This document shows, in pieces, positions 36,637 to 44,821 of a stretch of DNA of 58,649 bases (positions within the stretch are counted from its first letter, which is position 1; every line of letters begins with the position of its first letter). The translations under genes and the position numbers were made by a program. Below the pieces are notes generated by a model. The model was not told where the DNA came from and did no database searches. It saw nothing but the letters and a program-made list of their open reading frames with translations. Source of the DNA: Candidatus Omnitrophota bacterium (GTDB taxonomy: Bacteria; Omnitrophota; Gorgyraeia; Gygaellales; Profunditerraquicolaceae); the NCBI GenBank assembly GCA_030650425.1, contig JAUSED010000001.1:1-58649 (forward strand), read 5' to 3'.

Positions 36637-38267
36637 GAGCGAGGAAAATGCGCAAATTATTTACTCTATTGACTTTTATCATCGCGTCGGTTGCAGTCAT
36701 TCCTTTTAAAGTTTATTCGATTGATGATGCTGCTGAAGAAGTAAGATGTTATGTCGGCGAGGTTAAAATACTGCCGGTAAGCAGGCCCCTGCGCGTGTCT
36801 ATAGGCAATCCTGCCATAGCCGATGTGGTTGATATTACCAAGTCCGAGGCAACGATTAATCCGAAAACCCCCGGTACCACTACCTTTACTGTTTGGGATA
36901 ATTTGGGAGAACAGTCTTACCGGATTAAGGTATTTGCCGAGGACACCAACGAAATCAAGCGCCGGATAGATAATATGCTGGCCAAGCTTAACCTGCCTAA
37001 CGTTACCACCAAAGCAGAAGACGAGGAAGATAAAGTTGTGCTTTTAGGGACGGTTAAATCAAATAAAGATAAAGAGAGGATCGCGATTGTTCTGGGAGCG
37101 CTTAAAGACAAGACCGTTGATCTGGTTATCGTAAAAGAGGAAGAGACAAGCTTAGAGATTGATGTGCAGGTGGTGGAGGTGGATAGCGGATATCAAAATA
37201 CATTGGGCTTTACTTGGCCGGGCTCGGTTACTTTTACCGAGATTGGCTCTGCCGCGCTTTCTGCCGGAGGGACAACTTGGGGGAAGGTTTTTCATACGGC
37301 TAATATTGGCCGTCAGGTAAGCGGGGTAGCTGCTCCGTTCACTTTAAAATTGGATGCTTTAGTGCAAGAAGGCAAGGCGCGTATTCTTTCGCGGCCGCGG
37401 CTTTCCTGTCAGAGCGGCAAAGAAGCTAAGTTGGTTGTGGGAGGGGAAGTGCCGGTTTTAAGCGGCGTAGTCACTCCGGGCACAACCACTCCTACTTCAG
37501 TTGGTTTAACCACTGGAGGGTCAGTTCAATATAAGGAGTTTGGGATTATCCTGAACATTAATCCCACATTGGAAGATCTTAACCGTATTCATCTTAATCT
37601 CGACGTACAGGTTAGCGAGTTAGGGGATCAGGTTTCCACGACCTTTGCCTTAGCCTATAAAATGACCAAGCGCACTGCCACTACCGAGCTTTTCCTTAAT
37701 GACGGAGAGACGATGGTCATCGGCGGTTTAATCAAGAAGAAGAACAAAGAACAGGTAAGAAGGGTGCCGTGGCTATCCGAAATCCCGGTTTTGGGCGCCA
37801 TCTTCAGGCAGAAAACTACTCAGCAGGGCTGGACTTCCGATGCCGATAATATCAATGATACGGAATTATTTATTACGCTTACCCCAAGGGTGGTTGCTCA
37901 AGCCAAGCCCAAGGAAGAAATAAGGGCTAATTCCGTCGATACTACTGTCAATACTGCCGGTGAAACAAACAGGCAGGACCCGGTATTAATTTATTCCAAG
38001 ATAGTCCAGAAAAAGATTGTGGAAAAGCTTTCCTATCCGGCCCAAGCCAAAGAAGCAGGATTTCAAGGCACGGTTAAATTAAGCCTCAAGCTTTCTTATC
38101 GAGGAGAATTACTGGATGCAAAAATAAAAGAATCTTCCGCGCACCAACTCCTTGATGACGACGCCTTAAACACGGCGCAAAAAATTTCACCTTATCCTCC
38201 GTTTCCTCCCGCAATAAAAGAAAACGATATCTGGGTAGATATCCCGATCATTTACCGACTGGAATAA
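36633..38267 (+). CDS. cpaC: Tad secretin CpaC/RcpA fused to a C-terminal TonB_C-like domain
   Basis: Pilus-formation N-domain (VGEVKILPVSRPLRVSIGNPAIADVV..TPGTTTFTVWD), BON-like region, secretin core (ILSRPRLSCQSGKEAKLVVGGEVPV..ELFITLTPRVV). The last approx. 90 aa resemble TonB_C (LSYPAQAKEAGFQGTVKLSLKLSYRGELLDAKIKESSAHQLLDDDALNTAQKISPYPPFP). Confidence 0.8.
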   Translation: MRARKMRKLFTLLTFIIASVAVIPFKVYSIDDAAEEVRCYVGEVKILPVSRPLRVSIGNPAIADVVDITKSEATINPKTPGTTTFTVWDNLGEQSYRIKVFAEDTNEIKRRIDNMLAKLNLPNVTTKAEDEEDKVVLLGTVKSNKDKERIAIVLGALKDKTVDLVIVKEEETSLEIDVQVVEVDSGYQNTLGFTWPGSVTFTEIGSAALSAGGTTWGKVFHTANIGRQVSGVAAPFTLKLDALVQEGKARILSRPRLSCQSGKEAKLVVGGEVPVLSGVVTPGTTTPTSVGLTTGGSVQYKEFGIILNINPTLEDLNRIHLNLDVQVSELGDQVSTTFALAYKMTKRTATTELFLNDGETMVIGGLIKKKNKEQVRRVPWLSEIPVLGAIFRQKTTQQGWTSDADNINDTELFITLTPRVVAQAKPKEEIRANSVDTTVNTAGETNRQDPVLIYSKIVQKKIVEKLSYPAQAKEAGFQGTVKLSLKLSYRGELLDAKIKESSAHQLLDDDALNTAQKISPYPPFPPAIKENDIWVDIPIIYRLE

Positions 38268-38268
38268 G

Positions 38269-40425
38269 ATGGCCAAAAGAGTAGTTATATTTAGCACTAA
38301 AGGCGGAGCAGGCAAGACGCTGATTGCCGCTAATTTAGCCGTTGCCCTCGGCGCTGAAGGAAAAAATGCCTGCGTGGTTGATTTAGACGCGCATGTAGTC
38401 GGCGATATGGCGCATATGCTTAATCTTAATCCGCAAAAGTCTATTGTCGATCTTATGGGTTTTTTGCAAAGGGCGCCGCAACAGACCAAGAAAGCGGATT
38501 TTGTGATCAAGACCAACCTCTATAACGTAGATTTTCTGCCGGGGATCTTAAGGCCGCAGCAGGCAGCTTATCTTTATCCGGAGAAGATTAGCAGCGTGTT
38601 CGCGTTTTTGGATAAAGATTATGATTATATCGTTGTTGATGCCGGCGAAAGTTTTAATAATGTTTTTCTTTCTACTTTAAACCAGGCCAATCTGATGCTG
38701 CTGGTAGTTACCCCGGATGTGCTTTCGGTATATCAGGCTAAATGGATGCTCGATACTTTACAGTTGCTGCATTTTCCCCTCAGCATGATTAAGGTTGTAT
38801 TGAACAGGTCAGGTTCCCTCTCGAGTATCAGCTGGCAGGAGATCCGCAATAATCTTCCGCTGGATATAATCGAAAAGATCCCTTCCGACGGAAGGGCGGT
38901 CAATCAGGCGATCAATCAGGGAGTGCCGGTGGTGATTGACTCGCCTCGCTCTAAGGTCGCCCAGTCGATTTTAGGATTGGCACGTACCTTATCCACGGGG
39001 AAAAATTTATTTGTGGATCGAAGAAACCTCGACGAGATTACCTTAAAAGATGCGGTTCTGGAAAAGCCGGCCCAATTTTGGCAGGAGCAGAAGCTGTCGG
39101 AAACGGTGATTGAGCCGGATGGAGAGGATAAGGATGAGATCTCAATCCTTAAGCGCCGCATACACAGCCGGCTTATCGACGGATTAAATATCAAGAAGTT
39201 AAACCTTAATGTTTTTAGCGATCATAAGAAGGCTAGGGAGTTAAGGGATAAAGCAGAAGTGCTGGTGGCTAATCTGCTGGTGGAAGAAGCCGGAAGTTTT
39301 ATTCCTTCCCAGGAAATAAGAAAAAAACTGATTAAGGAGATTCTCGATGAAGCCTTAGCCTTGGGCCCATTAGAAGACCTTTTGTCCGACCCCGATATTA
39401 CCGATATTATGGTCAATAATAAAGATGAAATTTTTGTTGAACGGCACGGTAAAATTGAACTAACCAGCAAGAAATTCATCTCCAATGAACAAGTACGCAC
39501 GATTATCGAGCGGATCATCGCTCCCATTGGAAGGCGCATTGATGAATCTGTGCCAATGGTAGACGCCCGCCTTGCTGACGGTTCGCGCGTAAACGCGATT
39601 ATCCCTCCTTTATCTTTAACCGGCCCCACGCTGACCATCAGGAAATTCCGCAAGGACAGATATAAGACCATTGACTTGATTAAATTTAATTCACTTACTC
39701 CGGAGATCGCGGATTTTATCAAGGCCTGCGTATTATGCCGTAAGAATATGATTGTTTCGGGAGGCACTGGTTCCGGAAAAACCACTGTGCTCAACGCCCT
39801 CTCGGAGTATATCCCTAATGATGAGAGGATTATCACTCTGGAAGATGCCGCGGAATTAAAGTTGAATCAGGCGCATTGGGTAAGGCTGGAATCTCGTCCG
39901 GCCAACATCGAAGGCAAGGGCGCGATTGCCATCAGAGACCTTTTCCGCAATACCCTGCGTATGCGCCCGGATAGGATCATCGTCGGAGAATGCCGCGGCA
40001 CTGAGTCTTTAGATATGCTCCAGGCGATGAATACCGGCCACGACGGTTCAATGACCACGATCCACGCCAATTCTACTTACGATGTCTTATCCCGGCTTGA
40101 TTCGATGATCCTTATGTCCGGAGTAGAGCTTCCGGTAAGGGCTATCCGTGAGATGATCGCATCCGCGGTTGATATCATTGTGCATACGGCCCGCCTCTCC
40201 GACGGATCCCGTAAGATCATGGCTGTTTCCGAGATTGGCGGAATGAAGGATGAATTGCACATTACGCTTAATGATATATTTATTTTCAAGCAGACCGGAG
40301 TGGATACTCAAGGCAAGGTGCAGGGATATTTTACCGCTACCGGTTATAAGCCTTCTTTCTTGGACGAAATTCGGGTGCGCGGGCTGGCGATTTCTGAAGA
40401 GATCTTTAAACCCTCCAAGCCATAA
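38269..40425 (+). CDS. Fused CpaE/TadZ-like ParA/MinD ATPase and CpaF/TadA secretion ATPase
   Basis: N-terminal part: [24 protein letters not shown] (deviant Walker A). C-terminal part: [71 protein letters not shown]. Confidence 0.85.
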   Translation: MAKRVVIFSTKGGAGKTLIAANLAVALGAEGKNACVVDLDAHVVGDMAHMLNLNPQKSIVDLMGFLQRAPQQTKKADFVIKTNLYNVDFLPGILRPQQAAYLYPEKISSVFAFLDKDYDYIVVDAGESFNNVFLSTLNQANLMLLVVTPDVLSVYQAKWMLDTLQLLHFPLSMIKVVLNRSGSLSSISWQEIRNNLPLDIIEKIPSDGRAVNQAINQGVPVVIDSPRSKVAQSILGLARTLSTGKNLFVDRRNLDEITLKDAVLEKPAQFWQEQKLSETVIEPDGEDKDEISILKRRIHSRLIDGLNIKKLNLNVFSDHKKARELRDKAEVLVANLLVEEAGSFIPSQEIRKKLIKEILDEALALGPLEDLLSDPDITDIMVNNKDEIFVERHGKIELTSKKFISNEQVRTIIERIIAPIGRRIDESVPMVDARLADGSRVNAIIPPLSLTGPTLTIRKFRKDRYKTIDLIKFNSLTPEIADFIKACVLCRKNMIVSGGTGSGKTTVLNALSEYIPNDERIITLEDAAELKLNQAHWVRLESRPANIEGKGAIAIRDLFRNTLRMRPDRIIVGECRGTESLDMLQAMNTGHDGSMTTIHANSTYDVLSRLDSMILMSGVELPVRAIREMIASAVDIIVHTARLSDGSRKIMAVSEIGGMKDELHITLNDIFIFKQTGVDTQGKVQGYFTATGYKPSFLDEIRVRGLAISEEIFKPSKP

Positions 40426-40432
40426 AATTTTT

Positions 40433-40777
40433 ATGCGCTTAATTAATCAAACCAAGAATACTATTTTAGCCGAAACTGTTTATTTTGCCGATACTCCTTG
40501 CAAAAGGATCAAAGGATTATTAGGAAGGAAGAATTTCGCTAGCGGAGAAGCCTTAATTATTAAACCCTGTAATGCAGTGCATACCTTTTTTATGCGTTTT
40601 CCCATTGATCTATTGTTTGTAGACAAAACCAACAAAGTGCTCAAGGTAATCTCAAATCTTACACCCTTTCGTCTAAGCCCCGTTTACTTTAGAAGCTGTC
40701 TGGTAGTTGAATTGCCAGCCGGGAGAGCAAAATCCACCTTTACTAGCCAAGGCGACCAGTTAGTTTTTTCCCCTTGA
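40433..40777 (+). CDS. DUF192 (COG1430) family protein
   Basis: ADTPCKRIKGLLGRK..ALIIKPCNAVHTFFMRFPIDLLFVDKTNKV..VVELPAG. The track ORF start (40250) lies inside cpaF in another frame; the ATG at 40433 is used instead. Confidence 0.7.
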   Translation: MRLINQTKNTILAETVYFADTPCKRIKGLLGRKNFASGEALIIKPCNAVHTFFMRFPIDLLFVDKTNKVLKVISNLTPFRLSPVYFRSCLVVELPAGRAKSTFTSQGDQLVFSP

Positions 40778-40852
40778 AATGTCCAATCTAATCCACCTTG
40801 ACAAATCTAGGATCTGTGCTAAGCTAGGATTGAGCTTAGAAATGTCCAATCT
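40777..40852 (+). promoter_or_regulatory. Two copies of the 13-nt motif AAATGTCCAATCT bracketing the promoter of the HTH gene
   Basis: Exact copies at 40777-40789 and 40840-40852. The promoter at 40798-40825 lies between them. Confidence 0.7.
40798..40825 (+). promoter_or_regulatory. Sigma70-type promoter with extended -10
   Basis: TTGACA (40798-40803), 16 nt, TGcTAAGCT (-10 at 40820-40825). Confidence 0.5.
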
Positions 40853-40861
40853 GGAGAACAT

Positions 40862-42820
40862 ATGGGCGCAATCCATAAACTAACATCAGAAGTAAAAGAT
40901 TTTGTCTTAGCGCAAAAGAACTGCAATTCTGCTTTAAGCTGCCGTAAGCTTACTGCCTTAGTCTTGGATAACTTTAAGCTAGAGTTATCCAAATCCAGTG
41001 TGAATGCTATTATCAAAGAAGCAGGGTTAAGCGCGCCTGTGGGGAGGACGCCTAAGAAGAGGCGGCACCGCATAGTGATGCCTAATTTGCCTTTATTGCT
41101 GGATGGATTGGTTAAAGAAGTTTCCAATGACCAGGCAGTGACAGCTCCGTTTATTGATCCATTACTAAAAAAGGCTCAAGAGGAGGCTGAGCAAAAAGCT
41201 AAGCTGGAGGCGCAACAGGAGGAAAAACTTGCGCAAGAAGAGGCTAAACGTAAAACCGAAGAAGAAGCTGCCAAAAAAGCACAAGAAGAGGCGGAGAAAG
41301 AAGCGCTCCGTCGGCAGGAAGAAGAGAGATTAGCCCAGCAGGCCCAAGAAGAAGCCAGGCAAAAAACGCAAGAAGAAGAAATCAGGCGTGCGGCAGAAGA
41401 AGAAGCTGCCAAAAAAGCCGAGGAAGAGAAATGGCTAAGGTTAGCTAAAGAAGAAGCTGATAAAAAAGCTCAAGAAGAAGCGGAAAAAGAAGCGCTCCTT
41501 CGGCAAGAGGGGATGCAGGCCTTGGGTAGCTTAGGTATGGATAGGTTTCCTGAACTGGAAAATACCGGTATAATCTTACTTAGGGCCGCGGATTCTATTA
41601 TTGGGGTAAGTAAATTAATCGTCTCGACGCTTAAGAGCAGGCTTCCCAAACTAGAAGGTAATTTTGAGGGTGTGGTAGAGAATATTATTTATCTTCCTTT
41701 GTTACAGGGGAAAATAGAAAATAGCCTTATAGATAAAGTTTCCGGCGCCTTGGATGAAATAGAAAATATAAAAGTGATGAATTTAGACATTTCGCGGATG
41801 ATAACTTTAGGCCTGCGTGAGGTCCGCTGCGTAAAAGTCATTTTATCCGACGGGTCTAATCTATATCTGGACGCTCAGTTATATTCAGTCTGGTCTTCGC
41901 CGCACGTCCCTTATGACTTTGCTTCTCCTGTCCACGATCTTAAAAGGCGGGTGAATAAATATTTTAACACGGATTCTCCGCTGATCCTTTTTAACGCCCC
42001 GGGTTACGATATTCCTTCTCTGGAATTCCTCAATTTTATGTCTAGCTTTGAAGCTAAAGGAGCGAATATCACTAATCTGGTTTTTTACGGAAACAAATTG
42101 GAAGAGTTGGAAGTTTTGCCCATAGTTCAGGCTAAGAAGCGTTCCTTTATCTTCGCGATATGGCCATGGCAGTTTACCGAGTGCCGTAAGGTTAAAAGTT
42201 TAGGCGAATTCCGGCGTTTTCATCTCGAGGAGGAGAATAAAGATCTATATATAGCGGATATAACCATGGAATTACGGCATATCGGCGCAGGCAAACAGGT
42301 GACCCTATACGGATGCGCGGTAAAACTAAGCCTTACCGAGAAGACCCGCATGGTTGTCCTCAGTAATTTTATTCCCCAAGATAAAAGCTCGGAGGAATTA
42401 ATCACCGCGTATCTTAACCGCTGGCCTAATCCGGATGAGGCTTTTCAGGACTATAGCCGTAAAATCGAGCTTTTTACTTATACTGCCAATTCCCAGCGTT
42501 ATTTTAGCGCAGAAAACCTCAATTTAGGACTGGACCAAGTTTCCAATGCCAGGGACCTATTTAAGGATTATTTAACGGCCTTAGATGCTTATGTGCGTTG
42601 GCATCTTCTGCCAAATGGATACGAAGATAAGGAGTTTAGCTTAACCCGAGAGCGGTTTTATGATTTAGGAACACAGCTAGCGAAAAGCAGCGAAAGCTGT
42701 ACAGCAAGTTTTATTTTACCTTCGGGTTACTCTTTTGGAAAGGACCTAACATATCTTTGCCACCGGGTGAATGAGAGGGAAGTTGTTTTGGAAGGAAAGC
42801 GCTTTCTCCTGCGGCCTTAA
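40862..42820 (+). CDS. HTH protein with E/A/K-rich coiled-coil repeat region and a large C-terminal domain carrying degenerate DDE-transposase-like signatures
   Basis: N-terminus: LSCRKLTALVLDNFKLELSKSSVNAIIKEAGL then GRTPKKRRH (transposase-style HTH). Residues about 105-215: AQEEAEKEALRRQEEE-type repeats. C-terminus: VILSDGSNLYLD, LFNAPGYDIPSLEFLNF, and AYLNRWPNPDEAFQDYSRK, which resembles the Y-x2-R-W..E..F..K tail of IS4-like transposases. By eye only. Confidence 0.45.
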   Translation: MGAIHKLTSEVKDFVLAQKNCNSALSCRKLTALVLDNFKLELSKSSVNAIIKEAGLSAPVGRTPKKRRHRIVMPNLPLLLDGLVKEVSNDQAVTAPFIDPLLKKAQEEAEQKAKLEAQQEEKLAQEEAKRKTEEEAAKKAQEEAEKEALRRQEEERLAQQAQEEARQKTQEEEIRRAAEEEAAKKAEEEKWLRLAKEEADKKAQEEAEKEALLRQEGMQALGSLGMDRFPELENTGIILLRAADSIIGVSKLIVSTLKSRLPKLEGNFEGVVENIIYLPLLQGKIENSLIDKVSGALDEIENIKVMNLDISRMITLGLREVRCVKVILSDGSNLYLDAQLYSVWSSPHVPYDFASPVHDLKRRVNKYFNTDSPLILFNAPGYDIPSLEFLNFMSSFEAKGANITNLVFYGNKLEELEVLPIVQAKKRSFIFAIWPWQFTECRKVKSLGEFRRFHLEEENKDLYIADITMELRHIGAGKQVTLYGCAVKLSLTEKTRMVVLSNFIPQDKSSEELITAYLNRWPNPDEAFQDYSRKIELFTYTANSQRYFSAENLNLGLDQVSNARDLFKDYLTALDAYVRWHLLPNGYEDKEFSLTRERFYDLGTQLAKSSESCTASFILPSGYSFGKDLTYLCHRVNEREVVLEGKRFLLRP

Positions 42821-42825
42821 GAGGA

Positions 42826-42854
42826 TTGACGAGTATTGAGCAAAGTGTTATATT
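42826..42854 (+). promoter_or_regulatory. Sigma70-type promoter with extended -10 for the pilin array
   Basis: TTGACG (42826-42831), 17 nt, TGtTATATT (-10 at 42849-42854). Confidence 0.6.
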
Positions 42855-42871
42855 TTAATAGAGGTATTATT

Positions 42872-43051
42872 ATGGAGGGAAAGAAAGGGGAAAGCCGCGG
42901 TTATCTTAATGGCCAGAGCTTAGTAGAGTATTTTATCCTTTTTGCTATTCTGGCGGGTTTATCTTTGTTTCTGCTTTCGCCGCAAAATCCTAAAAATATT
43001 CCGGCTATGTTTAGCAGTTATGTTTCAACAGCCACGGAAAAAATGAAATGA
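42872..43051 (+). CDS. Flp-type prepilin-like protein 1
   Basis: G/QSLVEY followed by the hydrophobic helix FILFAILAGLSLFLL. Start moved to the ATG at 42872 because the track start lies inside the promoter. Confidence 0.65.
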   Translation: MEGKKGESRGYLNGQSLVEYFILFAILAGLSLFLLSPQNPKNIPAMFSSYVSTATEKMK

Positions 43052-43245
43052 AGATAGATAATAACAAGGCCCAGAACGTGTTAGAATATACGATGCTGAT
43101 CATTATCGCTGCCGCGGCATTGGTAGCGATGACTACCTATATTATGCGTTCGATGAACGCCCGGATTATGCAGACGAATGACGAACTGAATTATTACCGG
43201 CTGGAAGATACAGCTAAAGCAGATGTGGCGAGTCAAATAAAATAA
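43048..43245 (+). CDS. Flp-type prepilin-like protein 2
   Basis: A/QNVLEY then TMLIIIAAAALVAMTTYI. Overlaps the stop of pilin 1. Confidence 0.6.
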   Translation: MKIDNNKAQNVLEYTMLIIIAAAALVAMTTYIMRSMNARIMQTNDELNYYRLEDTAKADVASQIK

Positions 43246-43259
43246 CGGGAGGAAACGAG

Positions 43260-43430
43260 ATGAAAAGATTAAACAGAGGGCAGAGCACGTTAGAGTATGT
43301 GATTATTTTGGCTGCCGTGGTCGGCGCCATCATTCTTGTCGCGACTACAGTGCTTAAACCAAAGCTTCAGACCTCTTACACTGATCTTACCGGTAAGATG
43401 CAAGACAAGGTAAAAGAGGTTAATTTTTAA
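43260..43430 (+). CDS. Flp-type prepilin 3 (56 aa, absent from the ORF track); candidate major pilin
   Basis: My translation: MKRLNRGQSTLEYVIILAAVVGAIILVATTVLKPKLQTSYTDLTGKMQDKVKEVNF. GGGAGG lies 8 nt upstream. Canonical G/XXXXEY and classic Flp size. Confidence 0.8.
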   Translation: MKRLNRGQSTLEYVIILAAVVGAIILVATTVLKPKLQTSYTDLTGKMQDKVKEVNF

Positions 43431-43444
43431 TAGAGGAGGAGAAA

Positions 43445-43783
43445 ATGTGGAAAATAAATAAGAAAGGCCAGAGCACCGCGGAATACGCCATCGTTATAGG
43501 TTTGGTTGTTGCCGCGATAGTGGCGATGCAAATCTATGTCAAGCGCGGATTGCAGGGTAAGGTTAAGGACGCGGTAGATTATAAGGATGCAGGTGACACG
43601 GTTACAGGCACGACCACGCAATATGAGCCTTATTATTCCAGTTCTACGATGACTTCTACTAGGGCAGCATCGGAGAAGGCCGAGGTTACTACCGGCGGCG
43701 GAGTGACTAGAACAATCTCAGGGGAAGATATTTCTACGCGCACCGGCAGCCAGACAATCGGGGCGGCGCAGTCGAGCAAGTAA
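43445..43783 (+). CDS. Extended Flp-type prepilin paralog 4 (T/S-rich tail)
   Basis: KGQSTAEYAIVIGLVVAAIVAMQIYVKRGLQGKVKD. Strong RBS GAGGAGGAG. Confidence 0.75.
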   Translation: MWKINKKGQSTAEYAIVIGLVVAAIVAMQIYVKRGLQGKVKDAVDYKDAGDTVTGTTTQYEPYYSSSTMTSTRAASEKAEVTTGGGVTRTISGEDISTRTGSQTIGAAQSSK

Positions 43784-43799
43784 GTTAAGGAGGAGAGTT

Positions 43800-44105
43800 A
43801 TGTCTAAACGAAATTTACGCGGACAAAGCACGTTGGAGTATGTAATTTTAGCCGGGTTCGTGGTAGCGGCGCTGATTGCCATGGGTGTGTATATGAAGAG
43901 GGGTTTTCAGGGCAGGTTAAGGGAATCTACAGATCAGGTTGGGCAGCAATATTCTGCCGAGCATACTACTTCAACCTACACTACGAGGACCGATGTAGCG
44001 CAAACCGAAACGTTGAATGCCTCAGGCATCACTACGACTAATATTACCAAAAATACGCAGAGTAGAACCGGCAGTGAAAAAGTCGAAGGTTTAAGTGCGA
44101 AATAA
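43800..44105 (+). CDS. Extended Flp-type prepilin paralog 5
   Basis: RGQSTLEYVILAGFVVAALIAMGVYMKRGFQGRLRE. RBS AAGGAGGAG. Confidence 0.75.
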   Translation: MSKRNLRGQSTLEYVILAGFVVAALIAMGVYMKRGFQGRLRESTDQVGQQYSAEHTTSTYTTRTDVAQTETLNASGITTTNITKNTQSRTGSEKVEGLSAK

Positions 44106-44118
44106 TCAGGCGGTAAAG

Positions 44119-44472
44119 ATGCGCCGGGGACAATCCACCTTAGAATATATCTTTTTTATCGCTATGCTGGCAGCCGCGTTGATCGCGATGTTGGTTTATA
44201 TGAAACGCGGGTTTGAGGGAAACTGGCGGCAGCTTTCAGAGCAGGTTGGCGCTGGAAGCTATGACCCAAAAAACACCACGATCAACAATACGGAAACCAA
44301 GCACACCGAAGCCAAGGTTACCTCTTCTTCTACCAGCACAGTTACTTTTGGCGCTGACGGCAGCTCAACCACCATTGATACCAGCGCGAATACTGAAACT
44401 GGCAGAGCTACCGTGGATCGCTCAACAAGCGAGAGCGTGGGAAATTTGTCCGGCGACACTTGGCACAATTAA
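44119..44472 (+). CDS. Extended Flp-type prepilin paralog 6
   Basis: MRRGQSTLEYIFFIAMLAAALIAMLVYMKRGFEGNWRQ. The ATG at 44119 is preferred over the GTG at 44095. Confidence 0.7.
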   Translation: MRRGQSTLEYIFFIAMLAAALIAMLVYMKRGFEGNWRQLSEQVGAGSYDPKNTTINNTETKHTEAKVTSSSTSTVTFGADGSSTTIDTSANTETGRATVDRSTSESVGNLSGDTWHN

Positions 44473-44473
44473 A

Positions 44474-44809
44474 ATGAGAAGCATGTTTACCAAAAAAGGG
44501 CAGAATCTGACCGAGATAGCCTTACTTATTGGCATAGTAGGGTTAGTTTTAATCGGAATGGAGGTGTATGCCCGGCGTGGAATTCAGGGCAAAGTTAAAG
44601 ACCTTACCGATAACATGCTCGGTAAGGAGCAGGCAACTTATCAACAGGATACCTCAGGCTTGGCAGTGAATACGTCGGAGAGTTCATTTGTTTCTAGTTC
44701 AACAGCGACAATCTCTGAAAGGCCGGGTGGTTCAAAAGCAGTGTTCATTCCTAATGAACACTCAGAGACGAGCTATACCTATGAAAGCAGCAGTTCCTTA
44801 GCCAAGTAG
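44474..44809 (+). CDS. Extended Flp-type prepilin paralog 7
   Basis: KGQNLTEIALLIGIVGLVLIGMEVYARRGIQGKVKD. This is the 3' part of track ORF 44213-44809; the upstream part overlaps paralog 6 out of frame. Confidence 0.7.
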   Translation: MRSMFTKKGQNLTEIALLIGIVGLVLIGMEVYARRGIQGKVKDLTDNMLGKEQATYQQDTSGLAVNTSESSFVSSSTATISERPGGSKAVFIPNEHSETSYTYESSSSLAK

Positions 44810-44821
44810 CGAGGTAAAAAA

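Noticed and set aside
39222-39836. 204-aa minus-strand ORF
   Set aside because: It is antisense to the conserved CpaF ATPase core and has no RBS or domain features.
40250-40432. 5' part of track ORF 40250-40777
   Set aside because: It overlaps the end of the CpaF coding region in another frame. The DUF192 homology starts at the ATG at 40433.
41170-41510. Tandem-repeat or CRISPR-like periodicity in DNA
   Set aside because: It is coding low-complexity sequence (E/A/K/Q repeats) inside ORF 40862-42820. The repeats are imperfect and in frame, with no spacer structure.
40777-42854. Active insertion sequence carrying the HTH/transposase-like gene
   Set aside because: There are no terminal inverted repeats or target-site duplication. 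The 13-nt motif copies are direct, not inverted, and both lie upstream. The second DDE Asp appears to be missing. It is therefore treated as a possibly domesticated gene.
44213-44473. N-terminal 87 aa of track ORF 44213-44809
   Set aside because: It overlaps pilin paralog 6 in a different frame. The pilin-like sequence with a G/XXXXE motif starts at the ATG at 44474, right after the paralog 6 stop.
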